Assembly (NCBI GenBank): GCA_049724395.1
Contig: JAUGWO010000038.1
Coordinates: 62,001-126,000, forward strand
DNA: 64,000 nucleotides
Origin: Spongospora subterranea f. sp. subterranea
Lineage: Eukaryota
Direction of reading: 5' to 3'
Position numbers and translations under genes: made by a program. Below are positions 42,891-53,882 of this stretch, piece after piece. Under the pieces are notes generated by a model that did no database searches, was not told where the DNA came from, and was given only the letters and a program-made list of their open reading frames with translations. Every line of letters begins with the position of its first letter. Within the stretch, counting starts at the first letter, position 1.

Positions 42891-43337
42891 CGCTGACGTC
42901 GGCGATGTGATCTCCATCTGACTATATATGTTAGAACAGGTTCAGCCGGATATCATCATCATGACCCAACCGGATTGGTCATGGGGACGGTACTGGTTGC
43001 CATCTCGAGAATCCATTCACAGCTGGGCGATGAATGGGGTCAGGGGACGTTAGACACCCGCTCGCGCCCCTTGGGAATCTCTTGGCTGGGCGATCGCCGT
43101 TGTTGTGATCCAATCGCACAACCGTACTGTTGATCATGTTCAGTCGACGCTCGGTTGCCCCCTGGGCACATGGCCCGTTATTGGGACGACCCAACCGCAG
43201 AGTGGGTTAACTCAGGACAAGGAATCAGGTTTAGGGCAAATGACCAACGGGTGGCGTTTTATAGGTAAGACAAGGGGTAAAAATCAAGTCGTTGTAGGTC
43301 GTTCATTAGTTGTGATAGAGCTTTTGAAAGCCGGAGC

Positions 43338-43848
43338 TCAGGTGTGATCGATACCGGGTATTGGGGCCCAATAACGGGGATAGGGTGTACAGATAAAAAG
43401 CTCGTGTCTAGAGAGATAATCGCTTGGGTAGTAAAGACATTCCTCCTTTACCATATCGTTTACACCAAGGAGATACTTCGCATCTGACCTGATCACCGAA
43501 GAGTCGAACACTATGTGAGTTAGAGCTGCATATGCATCATTACCGTCCTCGAGAGCCATGTCATCACGAAAGGTGTCTTCTGTGTATGGCTGAACTGCCA
43601 TATATGACCGCCTTACCGATGGTCGAAGTAGCTCTGGACACCTACTCAGCATCAAGTCCTTCATTATATGATTGACACTCGAACAGGAGTACCTGGACGG
43701 CCGCCCAGGCTATCATTAGAGTCTGCTTGCTTGGATACGGAAGGTCGAGTCTGTTCGTCCCTCCACTGCGAAAGACTTGAAATGGCTCGTACGTCAGGAT
43801 ACTCTTGACTATCTGGTCGATGTACGAGTCTGTCAATCTCTCCATCAA
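43338..43848 (-). pseudogene. Interrupted hypothetical coding remnant
   Basis: Two overlapping protein-like ORFs (43642..43848 and 43338..43664) in different frames with no clear intron, lying in a repeat-rich region. Confidence 0.3.
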
Positions 43849-44877
43849 GTGCAGCTCCAGCGACAGTACAGAGCCGGCCTGATGACACTCGGGTCTCTAT
43901 GCATCATTGGGCAGCAGCATTGAGCGACAACGTGATGGCTCCAGGATGGGCGGACTCAGGGTTCAAAAAGGTTCAAAATTGAGTCTTTCCTCCAGAATAC
44001 ATCATTTGTGAGACAGATGTAATCATCCCTGCAACACTTTGACCTCTCCCTTGCATGTCTTACTCTAAATTGGAGCTCAGCGCTGGCGATGATGAACTGC
44101 TGTCGGACGCATATGGAGTTGTGCATGGCGTGCAAGAGAAACTTTGAGCGGGACCCTGCTCTAACCAACTGCTGTTTGTCAACGAATGTTGGCTCTCGAG
44201 CCGGATTTCTTCAACGAGAAGTCTGCCTCAGAAAAGACTCATCAGCCGGCGAGGTCATGTCTGCACTTTCTTACCAAAGTTCCATTGTGAACTGAACTCC
44301 ATTGAATGCGCAGGGCCATTCGAAGCTCGTTTGCCGGCGAGACTGTGATTACAGTTTTCCAAATCTCAACCAGCGAGTCCCGCTGGCTCTTGATTTGATT
44401 CCAATCGCCACCATGCGGCGTCTGATTGACCGGTTTTTAGACGCTTACAAACGCGGTTTTTCACCGGTCGTTTAGCGAAATTCGCGACGCGGGGAAGTAT
44501 CGGCCCCACCGATGAATCCCAGATTCCATGATAATTGAGGAACTGCGTCAGGAGTTTGGATTGAAAAATAACATTTTAATATCAGAATAGCGGCATCAAT
44601 TTTGAAAAGAAGCATAAAATAAACAGCCCAACTGACTCCTTTCGTCAAGACCTACAAAATGACCCCATTTTTAGCAAATTTCACGAACAAGTCTAAAAAT
44701 AGACGTATTTTCACCATAGTCTCAAATTTCAAATAACGGAATTTTTTGAATCGCTACTGTGTCACCAGTTTTGCATTTTTTTCAAAAAATGGTCGAATTG
44801 CTGTAGACGAATTCTATCCACCGAAGGTCTATAAATGCAGATAAGTCGTTTCAGCACAGTGGAGTACACTGCTGAGT

Positions 44878-45827
44878 GCTAGCACGTTCGGGTTCTTCCA
44901 GAAGACGACTAGGATCTGGAGTTGAGCCTTTTGCGTCCACGGGTGACGATTGAGCAATTTGACTAAATCCTGACGTTCCTGTTGCATCTCAATTTAACTA
45001 AATCCTGAAGTTCCTGTTGCATCTCATCTTGTCTTACGACTTCGCGGCGGCAACTGAACATCTTATTGTAGCCCTGGAGCGGTTCTGGGGGTACTTTGGT
45101 GGCAACCAGTACATCTACACTAACCTTAGTCCTACGACTCTCACGCCAGCTGATGAGGCCCGTGTGCATCGGGGACTACTCATCGCCGTTTGAGCAGAGT
45201 GACGACAAGTGTGTGTATCTTCCCACCCGCTTGCCCAGCGGGTCTGTGAAAGTTCTACGCGATCCAGAGGGCGCATTGAGCACGTGTCACAGGTGTTCTG
45301 TGTGATGAAAGGCAGCGGAGGGAGCATATCTGAAGGGATGTCAAACAGAGCGAGGAGAGCTCTCATCGCTAGTCCAGCGAGACGTGACCGCACGTGGTTG
45401 CGGGGAGAACCAGTCTTGCATGACTTGCAGGGAAGATGTCACGGCCCAGATAGCCTGCATGGGAGGCAACGAGAGCGGTTCCTAAATGCACCTCACGACG
45501 TCGAACGTTGTGCGGAGCATCAGGCAGCACTCGTGATTTATGAAGCGGGTGAACACCAAGTCGCATGCATGGCGTTCCGTCTCATCAGCTGGCGTGAGAG
45601 TCGTAGGACTGAGGTTAGTGTAGATGCACTGGTTGCCACCAAAGTACCTCTTGTTCACCCAGAACCGCTCCAGGGCTAGAATAGGATGTTCAGTTGCCGC
45701 CGCGAAGTCGTAAGACAACCGCTGAGATGCAACAGGAACTTCAGGATTTAGTCAAATTGCCCAATCGTCACCCGTGGACGCAAAAGGCTCAACTCCAGAT
45801 CCTTCGGAAGAACCCGAACGTGCTAGC
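44878..45827. repeat. Long inverted repeat, arms 44878-45157 and 45581-45827, 423-bp spacer
   Basis: The arms align as reverse complements with a few substitutions and short indels. The left arm has an extra 35-bp tandem copy (AATTTGACTAAATCCTGACGTTCCTGTTGCATCTC). Confidence 0.95.
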
Positions 45828-45909
45828 TGTAGTCCTTGCCGAGCACCATAAAAATAACTATGCGTGGGTGAACCGTGACTAGATGTCCCGCACTGTATGG
45901 GCGGCTATT

Positions 45910-46672
45910 CACTGGCCGCACTAACTGGCCGCAGTTTCTTGGCCAGTCTTGGCCAGTTAGTGTGGCCAGTGTTGTCTGTAGGCCGCTGGTAGGGTGTGAA
46001 TTAACCGGCCGCATTCACTGGCCTGATTGATCAAAGTAGGCCAGCGATTGCGGCCAGTTAATTCACACACTAACTAGGGTGTGACAGAATTCACTGGCCG
46101 CACTAGCTGGCCAAAACCTGCAAAATTGTTTAGAAACTGGCCCAAAAATTGAAATTTCAAAGTCATAGTGTGTCTTAACTCTTCTTTCTACAAAGCTGAT
46201 TCAGTTTCTCACATAAACATCCGTTCGAACCTGTAACTGCATTCACCGCTGATAGCCAGTGGAACGCCATCTTTGTCCAGCTGGTGTTCACTACTGTTAA
46301 CAGGTGAATATGCGAAGTCCTGTTCTTCGAAATCACACGCTTGCCAATTCATTCGCTTCACCATGACGAGAACTGAAATGCGGACATCACGAGGTATGCC
46401 CTTCGCCAGATTTTAGTTCGCGCAAAATGTGATATTCCACGTGACGCAGGTTTCTAGCCAGTATGTGCGGCCAGCTTTTGCAGGTTTTGGCCAGCTAGTG
46501 CGGCCAGTGAATTCTGTCACACCCTAGTTAGGGTGTGAATTAACTGGCCGCAATCGCTGGCCTACTTTGATCAATCAGGCCAGTGAATGCGGCCGGTTAA
46601 TTCACACACTACCAGCGGCCTACAGAAAACACTGGACACAGAAGAAACTGCGGCCAGTTAGTGCGGCCAGTG
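45910..46672. mobile_element. Non-autonomous foldback/MITE-like element with nested modular inverted repeats
   Basis: Arms 45910-46125 and 46476-46672 are rich in (C)TGGCCGCA motifs. Perfect 51-bp inner TIRs start TAGGGTGTGACAG (46075-46125 / 46476-46526). Two 83-bp self-complementary modules at 45990-46072 and 46529-46611. Confidence 0.85.
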
Positions 46673-47187
46673 TTTCTGTAGGCCCGCACTGTATCCCTTA
46701 TTTACAACCGCAGGTGAGAGCAACGTCTGCGCACATTACCAATCTACTCCACCAATACTGGCTGTAGAGCTACATACTCAAGAGACAATTTCTGATTTGA
46801 TATCATATAAACTGAGCTTCGTTAACGAAGACGCTTTGATGATTGCGGTTGCTCTAGGATAGATTGTGATAACAATAGAATCAAGACCGATAAATGGGAA
46901 CGCATCCTGAAATAGGCCAACGCTCTGCGGAACACGGCCGGTTGTGGTAAAACCTAATTTTCACGTTTTTGACATTGATTACTGAGGACGTATTTTCGAC
47001 AACGGCGAGTTCCCGAATCGCCATTTGATTTTCTCGTGGAAGTACGTTTACTTCCTTCTTCCCCAGTTTGCGATTTAATCTTAGATTACTTGAAAGGTAT
47101 TGACGGATGAAGAACGATCACAGAGCCGAATTTTTGACAGTAGTTTTGCAAGTCAATATCTGAAACTCTGCGAGTAGGTTTGTTCAC

Positions 47188-47500
47188 CAGGTTGATGACC
47201 GAGTCTGCGCTTCTGTGGTTGATGCCTTATGTCGAAGCCCAGTCCCCTATTCTGGATAGCTTTGTCGACTTCGGTCAAGAAACTCGCTGTGCCTTCGACG
47301 ATCCCGACGGGTCCAAGAGCTCCTGGCAAACCCCACAACAACTACGGCAATCTCCATTTCAATTTGTTTTCAGATTGTACGAATCGTTTATTGTCTCATG
47401 AGGCTCTGGGGGAATTCTTGAACAAAAGTCGACAAAGTTGTCCAGAACTGGGGACGGGTCATCGACATCAACCCCAGAAGCGCCCGCCCAGTCATCAAGC
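47188..47500. repeat. Diverged inverted repeat, arms about 100 bp
   Basis: TTCTGGATAGCTTTGTCGACTTCGGTCAAG pairs with CTTGAACAAAAGTCGACAAAGTTGTCCAGAA. GTTGATGACCGAGTCTGCGCTTCTGTGGTTGATG pairs with CATCAACCCCAGAAGCGCCCGCCCAGTCATCAAG. Confidence 0.75.
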
Positions 47501-47913
47501 TCCTACGTCTTCCACATCCTATTTTGCCGATGGTCCAGGGAAAAGATTCGCGGTCCTCAGAACGTTACGGTGACGTGGGATCGAAGGACGCGCCGACAAG
47601 ATGAGTCGACTGTACACCGAGTCGACTGTACACCGACTGCTCCATCATTGTTATCGGTGTGAGGTGTGGACGATTTGGCGGGCTTCTTAATATACAGTGT
47701 ACGTTGATGCGACAGCACCTATGTGCACATCTCTGAATCCCGGCTGACTGTGTGTGTTCTCTGGTGATTCGAATGTATTATTAGCTGGGGATTGGGCAAC
47801 ATGGCGACAATATTCCTAATGCGCACGGGTTAGGTATCGCGATAGAAATGGCGTGTATACCCGTGCCTGTGGTATTCACTTTTGATACGGGTAACTGACG
47901 TCGCTACTACACG

Positions 47914-48232
47914 ATGGATAGACCAATCAATCAGCCGAGCGTCAGGTCGTGGCGCAAACAGGCCAGAACCGTAAAAACGGCCCATGGTGAATTTCAGGTT
48001 CTAGCATGGATGTCAGGTTGGTGGCATCCCGATTTGACGGTGGTATGTCCCGTGTATCTAATTCTTGCTCACAGACAAGCCGTCTTCGCTATCCAAAGGC
48101 CAATCGTCGTCTCACTCCGGCGACAAGACCTGCAGAATGTGCCACAAAAGTTTCCACGACATGTCTCAGTTGCGGCGGCATCGCCTAGCCAAGAGACATT
48201 TCCTTCCTGCATCAAAGAGATCAGAAAAATAA
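47914..48232 (+). CDS. Small two-exon protein: BCL7-like N-terminal motif plus a C2H2 zinc finger
   Basis: Exon 1 reads MDRPINQPSVRSWRKQARTVKTAHGEFQVLAWMS. A GT-AG intron lies at about 48017-48073. Exon 2 contains CRMCHKSFHDMSQLRRHRLAKRH and stops at 48230-48232. Confidence 0.65.
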
Positions 48233-48633
48233 TTTGACCCCGAACTTATAAACTATTAAAGTACTTGATATCATGGAACGTATTTCTCTCCGGTTTTGAC
48301 ATTGTCGTTCTCGTACTGCGGAACCTGCGAGAGAGGTCTGCCGGAAGAGAAGGAAGAAGAATACAGAATTGATTGATTGACCGAAATGATAGAAGTTTGA
48401 ACTCAACTCACACAGCAAGTTGTCACAGCTGTTGATTGTCACTATCGCCGGTAGAACACTTCTTTATATATAAGGGTTTTGAAAAACGGGAGCAGCGTAT
48501 CGATCTAATATGTATTGAGCACGGGCATCAAATGTGTACCAGTACCGATGGGAAAACTTGAATCTTTCCTGCGACGATCGATATATAGTACCAGTTCGCT
48601 GATCAGGCATATAGAGTTCGCTGATTCTAACGC

Positions 48634-50661
48634 ATGGAATCGCCATCAAACTCTGGCCAGATACCCAGTTCCAGCGGCATAGAATATGACGTCGCCACTA
48701 CATCGCAATTGGATAAGTCGCCGATCGGGTCAAAAATCTATGACGATTTTGATAAGGAGGAGGACGAGGAAGATTTCGGCGCGAAGACTCCCCTTCCCGG
48801 TGCAGGGAAATCGGCAACAATTACTGCCCGCGCGATCAAAACGGCGCTGGACGAGAAGGCGGGAAATCAACTGATTGACGACCCAACAGATGATCGAGTC
48901 GTGACTTCGGTTTTACCGATCCCTAGGAGGTTGCTGACAGAAGAGGCGGTGTTCGTTAAAGACGATGGGCGATTACCGGATCTCGACCTGCTAAGAAACC
49001 ACTTCATTCGTGAAGGAAAGATCACCCATGGTTGCGCCGTTCGCATCATCGAAACGGCGTCGGCTATCTTTAAGAAAGAGCCAAACCTGCTCCACCTCCG
49101 CGATCCGATCACAGTCTGTGGTGATCTCCATGGCCAATACTACGACATGATGCGATTGCTGCAGGTTGGTGGCGACCCGGCTTCCGTACAATACCTGTTC
49201 CTGGTAAACTCCAACTCTTTATCACCGACTGAGCGTTTCAGGGTCTGATGTCGATTGATCAGGGTGATTACGTGGATCGAGGGTGTTTTTCGTGTGAAGT
49301 CCTACTCTACCTATATTCTGTCAAAATCGTTCATCCTGGGACATTTTTCATGCTTCGAGGCAACCATGAGTGTCGCCATTTGACGTCGTTCTTCAATTTT
49401 CGGGATGAATGCGTGTTTAAGTATACGATGGACCTGTACAACGAGTTCGTAGAATCTTTCGACTTTCTGCCTCTGGCGGCGACCATCAACGACAAGTTCC
49501 TATGCATGCATGGAGGACTGTCCCCAGACGTGTCGGTGATCGACGACATCCACGATATCGATCGATTCAGGGAAGTGCCACGAGAAGGCCCAATGTGTGA
49601 TCTGCTGTGGTCCGATCCGTTTGATGAGAACCTTGAACAGGACGGGGTAGTTGTCAACGATAATAGTAAACGCGGGAATGGGGAACACTTCTCCGAAAAT
49701 GCAACTGCCCTTGTCGGGAAAACAGCAAGCCACAGATTCCCCAGAGACATGGTTTACATATAATGAGACCAGGCAATGCTCTTTCGTGTTCGGTGTCTCC
49801 GCGGTGGACGCATTTCTCAAGAAAAACCATCTGACAGCCATCATCAGGGCGCATGAAGCCCAGCTTGAAGGGTATCGAATGCAAATGCAGAATAAGCACG
49901 GGATACCAAGGATCATTACCATATTCAGTGGTACGTTAAAAAGGTTGATATTCCGTTCTGAAATACTGATCTGATTATGTTGTTTTGGCAATTCTACAGC
50001 TCCGAACTACTGGTAACCCGATGGTTTTACTCGTCTCTTCTCTGTAATTGATAATTGATGTGTTAGTGACGTTTATCGGAACAAAGGCGCCTGTCTCCAT
50101 TTCGACGATGAACTCCTGAATATTCGTCAATTCATGAGCTGCGAGCATCCATACTACTTGCCAAATTTTATGGACGTGTTCTCGTGGTCATTGCCGTTTG
50201 TTGCCGAAAAGGTGACCGATATGTTGGCGTCAGTAATTGACGCAAACGGGGATGGATCCGCCTCTGATAGCGAAGAATCACAAAACGATGCGATTGTAGC
50301 TAGGCCAGCAATGAAATCGAATGTACTGGCCCAACGAGGTGGTATTTTGAAAGAAAAGGTTCTGGCAGTGACTAAATTGGTTCGAGTATACAAGCTGTTG
50401 CAAGAGAATAATGATCTGGTTATTCAGCTCAAGCAGTTGACGCCGAACAAGATGGTACCGAAAGGGCTGTTATCAAAGGGCAAAGAGGCAATCATCGCCG
50501 CAGTTCAGGACTTCAAAAGTGCTCATGAGGCCGATCTGGTCAATGAAAGGCGCCCATCCTTTGACGGCATCCCAAGCTCCCTGTATACTAGTAAAGCCGA
50601 GGCGCGTAAGAATGGACAGACATCGCAATCCACCACAGATAACAACATAATCCAACAATAA
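48634..50661 (+). CDS. CNA1: Calcineurin A (PP2B catalytic subunit)
   Basis: PPP motifs GDLHG, GDYVDRG and RGNHE, plus SAPNYC. CnB-binding [23 protein letters not shown], CaM-binding [19 protein letters not shown], and autoinhibitory [13 protein letters not shown]. Confidence 0.96.
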
Positions 50662-50754
50662 ACTTTCTCGGTCTAAAAACTCTCGCCTATTCGGCGTCTC
50701 AACGTAGGAAAACGCAATGGGAGACCGTCATTCTCCAGGTCCTTGAGATGATAC

Positions 50755-50921
50755 TGTGGTGACACCACCCGGTTTAGTGACTTTAGTGACATGAATCAGG
50801 AAATCAAGGAGCGCGGCAGAGTCCTCATGACCTATTGTCATTATAAAGTTTTGATTATATTATAGACAAATACATTAGGCTCCGACTCAAACTCTCGCTC
50901 CTAACGCAACATTCCGCTACA
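50755..50921 (+). repeat. 5' LTR
   Basis: TGTGGTGACACC...TTCCGCTACA; about 11 substitutions relative to the 3' LTR by eye. Confidence 0.95.
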
Positions 50922-53882
50922 CATAATCGAAGCTTTATCATCTTGGAGCGATGACGACAGAATCGGCGTACGACGAGACCCCCAAGAACAACTGACGAGC
51001 ATGCGGGCAGAGCAGGAGCGGCTCTGCCAGGGTATAGAGGCGCTGGCAAAGCGACTACTACCGGCACCCTCGGAAGCGGCCGCGGTTCAGGTGGTGGAGG
51101 CAGAGCCAGATGTCAAGGCGACGCGGGAACGGCCGAACCTTCATCAGGCGCAACGGTTCCCAGTTCGCACAGGGCAGTTTAACCCACCGAAGCTGGCGAC
51201 ATGCACTGCGAACCCGGGGAGCGCGACAGAGGTTGATACAGCGATCATGTGGATCAACATGGCTATCTCGACGGTTCGCAGACTCGAGTACGAGGATCGA
51301 CGAGACGTCGAGATCTGGATTGGCACGAGGATCGAGCATAAATCGCTCTTAGAGTTGGTTGCTTCCGCTGAGCGAATGCTTCCAGACGACCCGTACGAAG
51401 AGGTGCTCTTGTATGCGCGAGACCGAATTCAGGGATCGTTGGAACAGGAGGACGGGAATCGATGGATGGAAGCCGCCTTGGCCGTCCACCAACGATCGGA
51501 GGAACTGTTGACGGCGTTCGTCGAGCGGCCGGAAACAACAATCAATGAATTGCAGGCCAATCTGCCGGGTCAAGCAACGACCGAGTTTATATATTTGGTC
51601 TACCGGGCCAACATTGCGGACAAGACAAGGGAGATGTTGGAAATAACCGACGTATGTATTTACGAACAGAGCACGCGACCTGCCAGTCGAGGAGCGACTG
51701 CGGTTTTTGCATTCCTGTCTATACAAGGAACGGCTGCGCGAGCAACGCGCTGGACGCCGTCCGACGAACGCCAAAACGTTAGGATCGGCAGCGACAAGCC
51801 AGCCCGATGTAGTAGCAGCGGCGATCGGGGCACAACCGACGCCACAGTTAACCTATCGCTGCAAGACATGCGCGAGCGACGGAACACAGCTACCGGGATT
51901 GCGCGAAAGCGATGCGGTCAAGGACCTGTTATCGACACCACGAATGTCCCCGTCGTACTTTTTGCGCCGATCGACACCTTCGCCCGTGCCATCCTTCCGG
52001 GGTGACCTCCCCTCCCACGAAGCTCGCCATCGGCGCCATGTCCGGTGCCGCTGGCTGCGTCACTTCCCCCGCCGCTGCTGCCGCGCGCAGTCGCATTATG
52101 CTTATATCCGCCCCTGTGTCAACAACGCACCCAACCATTTTTCCACTTCAATCGCTAACGCTTTCCAAAACTCAACGGGTAATGTTAACTCTCTTGAGTT
52201 TTGTGAGTAGTTGTTGTGACGAAAATCGTCGTCAATCAACTACTCACAAAACTCAAAAACACAGGAGTTAACATCACCCGTTGAGTTTTGGAAAGCGTTA
52301 GCGATATATAAGCGAAGTGGAAAAATGGTTGGGTGCGTTGATTGACACAGGGGCGGATACGACGGGGACATTCGTGGTGTTGGACAGGCTCGTTCATGAC
52401 GTACTCATCGTTCAAGGACCTGGTGGCCAAGTGGGGGGCCCTAATCGACCTGGAACAAGGGGGTTAGAATACGGAAACTGGGAGTGCAGTTGGCGACGGA
52501 TGGTGGCGTACTCCGAGTTACTTGGGCCGATAAGGCGGAGGACAAGGCGTCGACAGTGGAGACGACGGGGCGAAGGACGTTGACGAAGAAGATGAACAAA
52601 CAGCGGCTGTGTTGGAGGCCATACATGTCGATTGGGCGTCCTTTTGACGACCGGGACCAAACGCGAATCCGACAGTGGATCCGCGCAAACAAAGACCGGT
52701 TCAAGACAAGGCACAACCGGCTATCGACCACAGAGACTTTCCAGCATCGAATCCCGCTGACGGCAGGCGCGACACCGGTTGCCGGCCCGCCCAGACGATT
52801 TCACCCAGCGATGGAAGCATACGTGAACGACAGCGTCCACAAGATGTTGGAGGAAGGACACATCCGGCCATCATCGAGTCCTTGGGCGGCCGGCGTAGTG
52901 TTAACACGGAAGAAGGACGGCACGTACAGGTTCGCCGTGGATTACTGGCGTCTCTGAACGACTTGACGGTCGGTCAAGTCATTGTCAGCCACGGAATCGG
53001 CGGAGGCATTGATTACAAGAGTATTTCTGACGAAAGGCTTTCCCCTGAAACTGGTGGCAGATCGTAGCACGTCCTGGCGGAATGAACTTTGGACACCAAT
53101 GTGCGAAGAGCTGGGTATCCAACTGTCGATGACCGTGGCCTACCGGGCAAAGGCCAATGGAATGGCGGAAAGACCGCATCGATACCTGAACTCGTTTCTG
53201 CGAACGCTAGCACCGGGCGGGCAGAACCGGTGGGATCGCGTTCTCCCTTATCTGACATTTGCGTATTGCCAAGGCGTATGTCGGACAACGGGACAGACAC
53301 CGCACTTCCTGGAGTTCGGACGAGACCTGAGGGGGCCCAGCAGCTACAACGTGTTGATTCCAAAGGCAGCTCCCATGGCGCAGCGTGAATATCTGGCGCG
53401 TCTTCGACGAAGGCTTCATGCAGCTTGGAAGATCTCTCGGAGCAGACGGCGGCAGACGTGTATCGAGCTGCGAAAGACCGTTACAACAACGGTGGACGTG
53501 GGTCGGTGACGCAAGTAGCATCGGCGCCAGTATTGGAGGAACGGTAATCCCGGAGATTCCTGCCGCGATCAACGGAACCTTGGAGGGTACTGCAGGCACG
53601 AGAACGCGACCGACACCTACCGACTTCGGCACGTAACTACGGGGAAAGAGGCGTCGTTCAACGTCGACCAGATAGTACCGGTGCGCATTGATGATGATGA
53701 AACAGGTGGTGCGGAAGGGACAGATGACGAAGAACGGGATGCGGCACCCATGTCGGCAGAAACGATTTCCAAGGAAGAGATGGACTTCGAGCCTATGATC
53801 CCGCAGATTTCGAATCCAGCGTGGACGATGACGATCGAGATGGGTCGTGGAGTCCGGTGCGGCTTTCGGACTAAGGGGGGTG

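Noticed and set aside
44852..44882. Helitron 3' end (CAGTG..CACTG hairpin followed by CTAG)
   Set aside because: The hairpin is weak, CTAG is followed by C rather than T, and it coincides with the inverted-repeat boundary.
45901..46680. CRISPR-like array suggested by recurring TGGCC(GCA) motifs
   Set aside because: The motifs are short, irregularly spaced and arranged as inverted arms. There are no constant-length repeats with unique spacers, no cas genes, and the context is eukaryotic.
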